Shown one piece after another: positions 1-11,107 of a DNA stretch of 64,000 nt; position 1 is the stretch's first letter; each line of letters opens with the position of its first letter. Under the pieces are notes generated by a model. The model made no database searches. It had not been told where the DNA came from and saw only the letters and a list, made by a program, of their open reading frames with translations. The stretch comes from Selaginella moellendorffii (taxonomy: Eukaryota; Plantae; Lycopodiophyta). Made by a program: the position numbers and the translations under genes. The stretch covers positions 2,047,249 to 2,111,248 of the forward strand of contig NW_003314273.1 in NCBI RefSeq assembly GCF_000143415.4, written 5' to 3'.

Positions 1-1506
1 AACCCTCTAAAGGTATCATTGATTATTAGTTTCTTACATTAAAGCTATATTTATTTTCATTATCTTAATTGCTAGTCCAAGACCACTTGCACTATAAACC
101 CATCTCTTTAAAACAAAACCATCCTTTCCATGAAAGCTCACTTTATAACCATTTCCTTAGTAGCTCTATGATATGAGGGAATATTATCCTCTAATATCCT
201 TTATTTGATCCCTATAAAGCTCCTTTTTAATCATAATAGTGCTTATTAACACCATCACTAAGTCAAAGTCTAAAAACCTATCTAATAAATTTCATTAATC
301 CATGGGACTTCCTCTTCATGTAACCATATTTTTTATTACTAAGCAAGAGGACCATTCATTTTCCTTTCTACAATCAAGGATTTTCAAATACCACTTCAAA
401 ACACTATAACCCAACATAAGCCTTATGGATATATTCACCTTCCATCACAATATTGCCTCAATTATGTGGCTAAAATGAAATTTTGGTGAGCCATATAAAG
501 TATCCAAGTAGGTAATGTCACCCAATTCGAATTATAGGTGGCACTTTCAATCCAACTACTAAATATCTAAGAGGTATATAAAGTACCCTAGTGATGTGTT
601 GAATATATTTAGGGCCAAATATCAAAACATATCTAAGAGTGTTAATTCACCCCACCCCTATCAATCATTCAAACTCTTGGAGGAAATAATATTAATTGTC
701 CATTTATGTTTACTTTAGCCTTAGACTCTTCACTCATTAAGTAGGTATAACTTTCTTTTACTATTAAAATCCTCCCTTTACTATCTCACAAAAACTTACA
801 AAACCTTTTAAAGTCTGAGAGATGATCACTTTAGGCTTTCATCCCACCCTTTAGACATATTTAGGTGATATTTCATAATGAAGTGAGATAGTTTTAATAT
901 CATTCTTGTAAACAACCAAAGAGAATAACTCAAGAGAGGATCTATAATAGTTCAAATATTAAAAAAAAGGCCTATAAATAAGAGTATATCCTCTATTTCA
1001 ATTAATTAAAAAACTTTTAGGATACTGTTCTTGGGTTTTAGTAGTATTAGATTGGGTGATTAGAAAATTCATAATATTTTCATTAATCAAGAATAAAAAT
1101 TAGGGGCATAAAGATGATCAAATACCATTTTAGTCTCAATTATAAATGCATTTTGAGCTTAGTGTCATAGTAGTAAATATAGTTTTGCTAACTAATCTTT
1201 ACTAAAGTTGGATATTTTTTAGTTGCTTTTGTATTACGTATTGGTCATTCTTTTGTCCCTTTTTGATATTTGTTTATCAATCATTTCATTCTCATTCTTC
1301 GGGTGTTTTCTTAAGAGTTTTATTCTCATTCTTAAATTGTCCAAATCAAACTTGAGTTTTTCTTTAGAAGTTTTATTTCCACATTTCAATTTTCCAAATT
1401 AGAGCTTTTGGTCCAAACATGTTATATTTATTGGACTTCTACCTTAGTTATTCCCATATGGCAGACATTTAATTCTACTTTGGGATTTCGGGATTTATAT
1501 TTCATA
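1..1506 (-). mobile_element. Heavily decayed copy of the 1.9-kb LTR family seen intact at 40461-42360
   Basis: 1375-1506 (agagcttttggtccaaacatgtta...ctttgggatttcgggatttatatttcata) aligns with the reverse complement of the LTR start. ~485-525 (gagccatataaagtatccaagtaggtaatgtcaccc) aligns with the LTR middle. Differences are mostly C>T/G>A. The left boundary is not resolved. Confidence 0.65.
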
Positions 1507-3689
1507 TTAATATTTGGTTTCAAAAATGAATTACTTTATACATTAAAAGGTTATTAAAATTAAAGGAGATAGTTATAACTAAAGAATAGTAAGTGGATTT
1601 GAATAGTTTCTTATAATTATTATTATTTAATTAAAATGATAATTTAGTAAAAGTTTGAACCTTGAAAAACTTTAAAGATTATAAGTAGCTTTAGAAATTG
1701 AAAAATATTCACTCAGCTCTATTGTTAAGTTTAATAGTCATGGTAGGTTTAATCTTAAAGGGATAGTGTATATTTATTCAATACATTAATATAATTATTG
1801 AAAGAATTAACAATTTATATTTTTCAAGATAGAAACATATTAATTTATATTTTTTATTTATTTTTATTAATTAGACCAAACACTTCACACAAAAATATAT
1901 ATTATAAAATATTTTTTATTCTTTTTATAATATTATTTTAATAAAGAAATGGGATGATTGACGATATGAAGCAGCATAACTCAAATTAATTATTTCCTAA
2001 CAAAATAAACAAAAAAACTTTTTTAGAAAAATAAATTCTTACAAATTCCTACTTTTCAAGTTCAATTTAATCCTTTATTCAATGTTATGAGAAAAATGGG
2101 GTAAAAACTTATTTAAGCATTTTTACTAATTAAAATATTAAATTATTGATTAATTAAATTTATATTTTTAAATTTATTTTTAGTCTATGGTTTTATTTTT
2201 TTCCTAATATTTAAATTATATATATAAAACTTAACATTTTTTAATATACAAGTCATAATATAAAATTTGTTACTACCATTATTATTTGCTAGAGGATATG
2301 TTGGTCAAAAAAATTAAATTAAATAAGTTAAAAATAATTGTTATCATTGAAAAAGTGTTCAAAACTGTGTGTAAAATACATAAAAAAGGTGTGATACATA
2401 AAATATTAAACCAAAAAACATCTTTTTAGGGTTTAAAAAGAGTTGTTTTATACTAGTTTGATAAAAAAAATCATTTAATCGAAATAATTTGAAAAAGAGA
2501 TTTAAATTTTTATATTTTGGCAACGTAATAAACTTAAATTTTATATTTAAGAAACTCATTCCACAACTTTTTTTTTAGTTTATTTTCTTTTTATAATTAT
2601 ATTTGATAATTTTTTAAGGTCTTCTATAGCTTATAAAAGCTAATATTTTTTTAAGTTGATTTAAAAAATATAGTTTAATAATCTCATTGTTAAATAAAAC
2701 ATAAATAACTTTTATTACTTATAGAAATTTTCTTAAAATTATATTTCTATATAACTCAATTTATGCTATAATAATGATAAAATAAATATTTGTGTATTTA
2801 TTATGATGAAGTTTTTTTGGGCCTTAAGTATATAATCTTTCTTTTTGCTAAATTTTATTTTAAATTCCAAATTGTAACACATTAGAAATTATTGAATGTA
2901 TACACAAATGAGCAAACACATTTGTGTGTTTTTGAAAGATAGTAATATTTCACAATCATGTGTTTTAATTTGTATATAATATTTATTTAAATGATTATTT
3001 AGAAATATAACATGAGAAAGTGAATTATTTAATTTTTTAAATAGTAAAAAATGAGATGGCACTATTAATAACAAGTTACAATTCAACTTTGAATTTTAAT
3101 AATTGCATTATGGCACGAAGTGATAAAACTATTACTCCATAATAATAAATAACTAAATTATTATTGATTGTTAAATGAAAATATACTAAGGATTATACTA
3201 ATGTTTCTAACAGTTTAGAATTGTTATTATTTATAATCAAATTTTAGTTAGTTAGAGTTCCATGGGTGTTTAACAAGTTTTGAACTAAATAAGTGAACTA
3301 ATTTAATGGGCTGTGAAGTCGGTGAGTGGAGCGCCTTCCGTAACTGGAGGTAAGCGACACTCAATGCCACAAGGCAAGGCGCTGGCAGCTTCCATTGTCA
3401 TAGGAGAGTTTGATCGCTGATGACAATGGAAGCTCCTAGGCAAAGAGATAAGATTGAGTGTTGCTGGGAGAAACGCTCCGAGGCGAGGATCGATTATTGC
3501 TCGCTGGTCTCAGAATACACGCAGGATGGAAAATTCCTGAAAGTACCGATCTTGAGACGATGCAGAGATCCATGCTGCGTCTGACGTGGAAGGGTTGGAG
3601 CTCAAATTCTTCGAAAACCATTTGGAAAAATGGTACCTTTGGATCGAGAATACCTCACAGGGAGACTAAACCATCGCTTCTATACAAGC

Positions 3690-5340
3690 TTACAAGCCCT
3701 GCACGATATTACATTAGAACTGAAGATAGAAAATCACAAGATAGAACCTTAAATAGTAGATCGTGAGCTAGTGTCTCCCAGTCGAGTGAAACCGAGAGAA
3801 GCGAGCATCTGAGTGGAATCAAGTCCTCATTTGGCCCCGACGATGCAGCTAGATAAGCGTGCTTTGCCGCGTCGGCCGCCTTTCGCACGATGGTACCGAT
3901 CCCAAGCTTTGCTCCTGGTGCTTCGACTGGTTCCTCGCTGGGATCTGATCGTGGTAGCAGAAAAACAACTTTGTGAATCTCTTCACGTAAAAATAATTCT
4001 TGCTACCTGGTACTCTTGTAACAATCACGTCAACTTCGCCACGGCCACCAGGCCCTCGCATCACAAGCCTCTCCGACTTGCCTCCCAAATGTAAAAATCC
4101 AAAGCTCAATTTTCCACCTGGAAACTCCGAAGAGTAAGAACGCTACGTAGTGGCTCTATGTGCACTTACTTTCAAAAGCGGAACGCACCATTTCGTAACT
4201 TACAAATCCCGAAAACAATGTCACCTGGAACAAGGCGTGAGAAGAATGGTGTGTGACGGAAAAGTATTACCACTGCGCTCGAGCGTGAACCATCTTTTCC
4301 TCTTATAAGTCTCCCGGATCCAAATGCCGCTCCTCCCGTGGCGTGAAGGAGAACGCAGTAACAATGATCTTCATTTTTAAGAATCTGCACGAGAAGCATA
4401 AGATCAAGACGAGAAGATGACCAAGATTTACCAGGTGTTCAAATGTATCGTCGTGATCATCAACCGAGAAGTAAATGTCGGGATAAGATGACACCGTCTC
4501 CGAAGCCTGGAAGTCCCAAGATCAGGAAGACAACGCCAAAACGAAGCACTTACTTTTGAAGACTTTGTTTGAAAATTTGAGCGGCTTGGCGAGGCAAAAA
4601 CATTTTTTGTGATCTGGAAAACAAGGCATTGTCAAGAAAGAAAAAAAACGAGAAAACAGAGCTGAACCTTATAGATGGATTCCAGAGAACTTCCGGAGGA
4701 ATTTCGATATCTAAGCAACTCTTCTCGGCTGCAGGATGAGAAAGCGTGAGAGAAACACCAAGCAAATCGTTCGATAAATACCTACAAATCGAAACTGTTA
4801 ATGTGTATGTTGTGTGCACTACAAGGTTGAGATAAAAGGATCGTCTCCAGTCCACTTCCCGTGTTCTATCTCCAAGAACTTTACTTAGCTGTGGAAGCCA
4901 AGAGAGATGCTACTTGAAGAACAAAATGAGAGACAAACCTGTGGTTGCCATCGGCGCACGAAGCATGGCTCCGCGAAGATTTTTCCTTCGTCATTGAATC
5001 CACCACCGCCAAATTCTAAGCTCTGGAGAAAACCGAGAAGAAAATCGAGTCTCAATAGAAGAGAAAGAATTTTTTCCGGACACTTACGAGCAAATTCACG
5101 AAGAAGAGAAGATCGTCGCTCGTTGTTTTCGACTCCACAAGACCACGGACGAAGAACATGTCCAGCATTTCTTGCCAAAAGTGCGAATCCCCGCTCTCCT
5201 CCCCATCGCGCGCGATAGTCTGGCCGAGAGAGCTCGAATACTTGCGGACAATCGCAAGAAGCTCGTCCCTGCGCAAGCGCGAGCTGAGAATCTATTGCCC
5301 TTACTAAGTGATCATACCTGGAGGGGGCGCTCACCGACAT
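3690..5340 (-). CDS. DUF2045 / KIAA0930-like protein, multi-exon
   Basis: Exon peptides: MSVSAPSR|DELLAIVRKYS..FWQEMLDMFFVRG..DDLLFFV, PCFVRRW, VDWRRSFYLNLVVHTTYTLTVSIC, SYPDIYFSVDDHDDTF, HCYCVLL, VTLFSGFVSYEMV, MRGPGGRGEVDV, PLRCSLLSVSLDWETLAHDLLFK|GL*. Short GT-AG introns separate them. Confidence 0.8.
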
Positions 5341-5427
5341 TTGTTCCTCGCTTTCATGAAACTGGGATTAGGGTTCTTGGTATTATAGGGTTCTTCGCTT
5401 CTCTCTTTTCTCTAGTGGCATTTGGCG
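5341..5427. promoter_or_regulatory. 87-bp bidirectional promoter region with telo-box-like motifs
   Basis: Divergent ATGs at 5340 (-) and 5428 (+). TAGGGTT occurs twice (~5369, ~5386). Confidence 0.55.
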
Positions 5428-6601
5428 ATGGCGCTCTCCGACGATTCGAGCTGGATGACTGCCGCGCACAGCATGGGCGTAAGTATAGCATTCGATCTCC
5501 AGCTGAGCTTGATTTTCCTGTGTCCGCGCGTAGACCACGATCATTGGCGTGGAGTACGCCGACGGTGTTGTTCTTGGAGCTGATTCGCGAACCACAACAG
5601 GTACAAAGAGTTTAACTCTTTATCTTTCATTGGTAGCTCCCATTTTTCCTTTGCGCAATCAGGAATCTATGTCGCAAACCGAGCTTCCGATAAAATCTCC
5701 AAGCTGACCGACAATGTCTACATTTGTCGATCTGGATCGGTAGCTTGTTTTTGGTGTTTTGTGATTTCTTTGTCCTTATATCTTGTTCCAGGCAGCAGAC
5801 ACGCAAGTAATCTCCGATTACGTTCGTTACCTCCTCCACCAGCACACGTAAGTGATCGATTTTCATGGTTTTCGTTCTCTCTTACTTGTTTGTCTTTATG
5901 GATCCAGGATTGTTTTGGGTGAACAAGCAACTGTCAAGGCAGCTGCGAAGCTGGTTAGAGAGATTGCCTACTCGAACAAGGTTTGTTTAGCAGCAGCTTT
6001 GACTGATCTATATAAACAGTGTGTGTTGCTTTTAGTCCTTCCTCGAGGCTGGAATGATCGTCGGAGGTTGGGACAAGCACGAGAAAGGTAGCATCTTCGG
6101 TGTGCCAATCGGTGGAACTTTACTCCGCGTGCCTTTCACGATTGGAGGTAAATCGAAGCGTGTTTAGAAATTCCAGTTCTTATGCCTTCCCTCTTTCCTG
6201 CCAGGCTCTGGATCGACCTATATATTTGGTTTTCTCGATCAAGCGTGGAGGCCAGGAATGAGCAAACAAGAAGCACAAGTATGTCCTCCAAATTTCTCTC
6301 CACTTTCCTGATCTTTTCTGGCAGGACCTCGTCGTTAAAGCCGTGTCTCTCGCCATGGCTCGTGATGGCGGCAGTGGTGGCGTCGTGCGAACTGTGACAG
6401 TGAGTAGAATGTCGCGAGAACATACTTTCTCTTGTATTAAGTGGAACTTCCTGGTGTGATTTCCAGATAAGCTCGGCGGGCGTGACTCGGGATTATTTCA
6501 GCCACGACAGGCTACCAAAGTGGCACGAGGACATACCGGCGGGCGTGTCTACGGCTCTCGAGGCTCTGGAAAATGCCAACGGTGAATGGATGGTTGTCTA
6601 G
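5428..6601 (+). CDS. PBA1: 20S proteasome subunit beta-1 (beta type-6), multi-exon
   Basis: Propeptide ..HSMG|[23 protein letters not shown] with the catalytic Thr1, [59 protein letters not shown]. Stop at 6599-6601. Confidence 0.95.
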
Positions 6602-7116
6602 AACCGAATTCAGGACTTTAAATCCGTGAAAAGCTTGTTCAAGTTTTGAAAACTTGTTTGTTGATGGACATGGAGGTGGTCTGCAATTCCTGGTGTTCTT
6701 AATTTTGAAAACAAGAAGACGATCTGTAAGTCGCTGTAGTTATACAAGACAACCAACTTAAGACTCGTACTAAGAGAAACGTCGGTGCCAGAGCTTGCCC
6801 GTTCAACAATTTCCATGGAAGCGTGAGCAACTTTGTTTCGTACTAAATGGCAATCTCCAAGCATTCCCTGCCCCTTTGAGGCTTTCGTGCAGCTGTTGGC
6901 TGAGTGCTACAGGTCATCTAGTTCTTATGTGTAAGCAAATGTCAGATGGAGGTCGGCGGTTCCTCCCTTGCGGCCTAGTATATAAGCTGTTCCATCTAGT
7001 TCTGATTGATCCATTTGCATAACATAACCCTCACTAAAATCTCATTGAAATATTCGAAAATCCAGAAAAGTCAGCTGATTGAAAATAGAAACAAGCAAAC
7101 AATTCGATATAGCCCT

Positions 7117-7680
7117 AATCAAGTTGGCACAGCCTTTTCCGCAAGAAGAACTTCCAGTCTGACGAGCTCAAACAATGCCGCCATCCGGGAGGTAAGGCAT
7201 GGTTTCCAGGAGGCTCAATCTCCCAGTCCGCCCCAACAGTGTCTTGCCGCTCATCGAAACAAAGGTCTCGCGTCCCTCGCGCAAGCAACCAAAGCACTCA
7301 GATACGCAAAGCCCGTCTTGAAAGAGCCCTCTATAGCCCCTCTACATGCAAAGATCACCGACGTCCACGACACAACGTCCCGGCATTCTTTGGATGATTC
7401 TCTTGGATTCCTGGAGATTCCCGCGGTGGAAGAATGCCGCCAGGATGGAGTTGAGACGATGTCTCTCTCGGGCATGAGAGCGAGGATTTCTTGGGCGAGG
7501 CCCAGATGCCCTTGTTGGGTATATCCCGCAAGGAGTGAGTTCCATCCTCAAGGTGCCCTCTTGATGGCGATCATCGTGTTCCCAGTCACAAGATCGCGCT
7601 GCTGGAGCCTGGAGAAGATCTCGCGCGCTTGAACCAACCTACAAGGAGGCCCAAGATTGCATTGGAGGAGCGGGCATAAG
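7117..7680 (-). pseudogene. Deleted and frameshifted copy of the 3' part of the PPR gene at 16643-18217
   Basis: Near-colinear nucleotide match to 16640-17430 (taatcaagttggcacagccttttccgcaa; gagacgatgtctctctcgggcatgagagcgaggatttctt) with many internal deletions. Confidence 0.9.
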
Positions 7681-8064
7681 CCAGGATACAAGTTGTCCCA
7701 GAACATCTCGCCAACTCATCGCCAGAGCGGATCGGAGAAGACACGGCCACGATATAAATTTCTTAGCTTGATTCTTTCCATTCTTTTTGTAACGCAGAAG
7801 ATATGAAACAAAATTTTGTGCGCTATAATTATATATAATAATCAAGGAAGAATCGTTAGAGGATTTATATTTTTCTTTGTCTTGTTCTTACTCCATGGAA
7901 TCCATTTTTACATGTTCACAGACACAGGGATCAACCAGGACGAATTTTACGTTCTTCCCAAAGACAATGCTAGTTGTTCCAAGAATCCAAGTTTTGAAAG
8001 CTTGTTTGTTGATGGTGGTGGAGGGATGTTCTTAATCTTTGAAAGCAAGAAGACGAGTTGGATG

Positions 8065-8169
8065 TCAACTCTGTTTTAAGTATCCAAGATAATTGGTGGC
8101 ATCCACCTTGGAAGGGGACTGGACGAGCACGAAGCAGAGTAGCGCAACGAACACCAAAGCTCTCACCAT
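8065..8169 (-). CDS. Putative small secreted peptide (34 aa), or a truncated secreted-protein gene
   Basis: MVRALVFVALLCFVLVQSPSKVDA/TNYLGYLKQS has a signal peptide with a V-D-A cleavage motif. TATAAAT lies ~70 bp upstream. Confidence 0.4.
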   Translation of the reverse strand: MVRALVFVALLCFVLVQSPSKVDATNYLGYLKQS

Positions 8170-8636
8170 ATTGAACCTTTTGTATGAAGTGGGTTGTTGA
8201 ATGTTTTGTGCTCGTATGGATGCTTGGAGATTGCCATTTATACTATACGGCGTACAAAACAAAGTTGCTCACGCAATTGCAACTTCCATGGAAATTGTTG
8301 AATGGGTAAAGTTCTGACACCGACAGTATGAGTCTAAGTTGTGGCTCTTAGTTGCCGTGGCAGCATCCTGGGCCCTGTGGCTGTGACTGGTGAATAGCTC
8401 TGCATCTTGAACGTCCTGTGAATCTGTAGATATTTTACAGAACTTTATGGACGAACAGTTGGAGAATTGAAAATCAAAAATCATGTATTGTTTATGAGTT
8501 GATAAAATAAACTCAAAGACAATGCATATTTATTCATGTTCAGCTCATTACTATATGAATAGCAGTAACAGGTCAATTAATGATTGACATTGTTTCTGGT
8601 GTATGTTCATATGATAATGCGAACAAGTGGATAATC

Positions 8637-10514
8637 CTATGTCTCGTACTTAATTTTGAACCCCTTGAACGTGACTGGTCCAGAGCTGCCTCTAGGAACA
8701 AGAGTGACAACAATGTAGTCTGCATCTTCCAGCCCTAGCTGCTCTAGCGTGTCACTTATTCCTAGCCTCACCTCCGTCTCCATAATGTGCCCCTTCCCTG
8801 CAGAGTTGGGAACGTTCACAAAAGTTCCAGCAAACTCCACCACATTGACCGGCGTGTTTTCATTCGCATTTGGATAGTTGATGTAGACATCGAATTTGGT
8901 GGCCTTGTTGTAATCCAGCTCCACTCCTTGGATCACCAGGATCTCCTCAACTTCATCATCATCATCATCATCATCAGATTTATCACCACCTCCACCTGAG
9001 AACAGGGTTGGCAGGTTATTGAGCGGCACGTAACTGAACATCCTGAACAAGGGCCCCAGCGCCTTGTTCAGCCTGGTCAGCTTGTTCTTCAGTGGCCGCT
9101 TCACCTTAGTGCTGAACACACTCTCCAGTTTCTGGATCTTGCCGCTCACTGCCTCCCCGAACTCTTCAATCACATCAGCCGCTGCAGTTGGAGGTGAATC
9201 TGGCGAAGCAGAGACTAGAGGCTTCGAATTCGCTCCAGCAACGGTGGAAGGCCGAGCAGTCACCCAGGCATTGTGGATGTCCTGGTAACGGTACCCCAGC
9301 TGCTCCGTTTTAAGCGCATCCCGGACCCGAACCCGAACCAGGCGCCTTTTCTCATCGTAGAACAAGAACGTTGCATTGAGCCAATCCGGATCTTTGTAAT
9401 CCCTTCTGGGGCGGAAGGGCCCCTTCCTGTTGCGCGGCAGCGTCTTCCACACGGTCCACAATCGGTCGAGGTTGGCGTGGTGAGGGTAGAAGATGGGATC
9501 CCTAGCCGCGGAGTAGAACACCCCCATGTCTTCAAAATGGGGTTTCCCGCTGCTCCCCGTCCATTTGTGAACAGTGTTATGTGGGGCACTTTCTATTGTT
9601 CCTAGTCCATCCGGCTTACTGTCACCTGGGTGGTACTCCTTACCATAAAACAATCTTGTCGTTCTGGCGTTCACAAGCTGCTTGTACATGAGCGCGTTGT
9701 TCTCTTCGCGCTGCTTCGAATCGCTGATCGGGGCACCATCGCCAGGGACGAAATTGAGATCCGCGAGCCGGGGCGGGAAATGATCTGGATTGCGGAAATC
9801 GTCAAACAGGACAGGATTGGTCAAGTACATCTGCGGGATGACATTCGGCAGTGGATCTGAAGCGGATTGATTGTCCCAGTTCCAGAACGGGAGCGCGAAG
9901 GTGTCGTCTTCGATCAAACTGGCCAGGATTCGCTCGTGGAAGTAGAGGAACCAGCGGTGCCAGGGAAAGAAGAACCAGTTCCTGTGGATGTGGAGCCTTT
10001 CGGTGCTGTTGGCGTACAAGAATGCGCCATCGCAGTAGGCACAGTGGACATTGGCTTGCTGGTCAAAATTGCGGGGATCGTCCGGAGGAAGAGCTTTCAT
10101 CAGCTCGTAGGCTCGAATGTACTTGGCGATGTAGTCCGAGCTGAGGAGGTGAACGGGCTGCCTCAGGCGACTGGGGAGCTGGGTGTTGTGGACGAAGTCG
10201 ACAACCGATGTTGTGCTTCGAGGCGGGCAGCAACCGACCTTTCCAGCTGGAGTTTCAGCTTGGGTGCACCACTCTAGATCAATTGTTCCGTTGTCAATGG
10301 GTCGTGCCCATGCTTGCTGCTCCTGCTGGAGACTCCCAGTCGCTAGGCCCAGGGATGCCTCTCTTCTTCCTGTTGCTGTGGAAAGTAAAAGAAAGCACAA
10401 GATTTGAACTGGAAAATAGAACTTGGTCACGAGAAGCCTGGATAACAAACTTTCGCCAACCATTCGGGGAAGAACATTGTTCAGAATCCTGGCGCTTGAT
10501 GGTGTTCTTCCCAT
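8637..10514 (-). CDS. PPO: Polyphenol oxidase (type-3 copper), intronless
   Basis: CuA HCAYC and HRNWFFFPWHRWFLYFHERIL; CuB PHNTVH..DMGVFYSAARDPIFYPHHANLDRLW; DWL and KFDV domains; EFAGTF motif. Confidence 0.97.
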   Translation of the reverse strand: MGRTPSSARILNNVLPRMVGESLLSRLLVTKFYFPVQILCFLLLSTATGRREASLGLATGSLQQEQQAWARPIDNGTIDLEWCTQAETPAGKVGCCPPRSTTSVVDFVHNTQLPSRLRQPVHLLSSDYIAKYIRAYELMKALPPDDPRNFDQQANVHCAYCDGAFLYANSTERLHIHRNWFFFPWHRWFLYFHERILASLIEDDTFALPFWNWDNQSASDPLPNVIPQMYLTNPVLFDDFRNPDHFPPRLADLNFVPGDGAPISDSKQREENNALMYKQLVNARTTRLFYGKEYHPGDSKPDGLGTIESAPHNTVHKWTGSSGKPHFEDMGVFYSAARDPIFYPHHANLDRLWTVWKTLPRNRKGPFRPRRDYKDPDWLNATFLFYDEKRRLVRVRVRDALKTEQLGYRYQDIHNAWVTARPSTVAGANSKPLVSASPDSPPTAAADVIEEFGEAVSGKIQKLESVFSTKVKRPLKNKLTRLNKALGPLFRMFSYVPLNNLPTLFSGGGGDKSDDDDDDDEVEEILVIQGVELDYNKATKFDVYINYPNANENTPVNVVEFAGTFVNVPNSAGKGHIMETEVRLGISDTLEQLGLEDADYIVVTLVPRGSSGPVTFKGFKIKYET

Positions 10515-11107
10515 TTCCTCTTCTCGAGCTTCTGCTTTTTCTTCTTCCGCTCAATCTGCTCAATGGGAACTCAAAACATGCTCCCACTCAGCCTGACTCA
10601 GAAACACAGTGCCCTTTTCAGAGCCTCTGTGTTCGTTCATCAAATGTTTGAGTTAAATTTGCATTATGAAACATAAACCCTGAATTCATTTCTAATGGAG
10701 TTATCTCCAGTGCTTAGCTGAATGCGAAGCCAAACTTACTTCCTTTAAGGTACGCGTGTCATCGTCAGTTATAACTTTAAGGGTACAACGTTTGCCCACT
10801 AAATATGTTGAAGCTATAACCTCATATATGTATTATGTACCATACTACAAATTCATTGGGACATCTGTCTTCTTATAACATAAGGGTTTGAATCTCAAAA
10901 ACTAAGGTGGCAAGAAAATTCAGTGAAATCAAATTTTCATTGAAAATTCACTGAAAATTCGGAAAATGATTAAATAAATTTCTTTTGTAATGTAGCTTGT
11001 AAGAGTTGGAGCACTGAAAACCTTCTATTAATAATGGCTAAAATTAATAACACAATTAGAGTGTAAGGAGAATTATAGCCAAAATTGAGCACATTGTGCA
11101 CTAATTT

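Noticed and set aside
2359-3086. Short ORFs in AT-rich DNA
   Set aside because: Low-complexity F/L/K/N composition typical of random AT-rich sequence.
10915-10960. Short inverted repeats (ttcagtgaa / ttcactgaa)
   Set aside because: Short and AT-rich, with no partner TIR or TSD.
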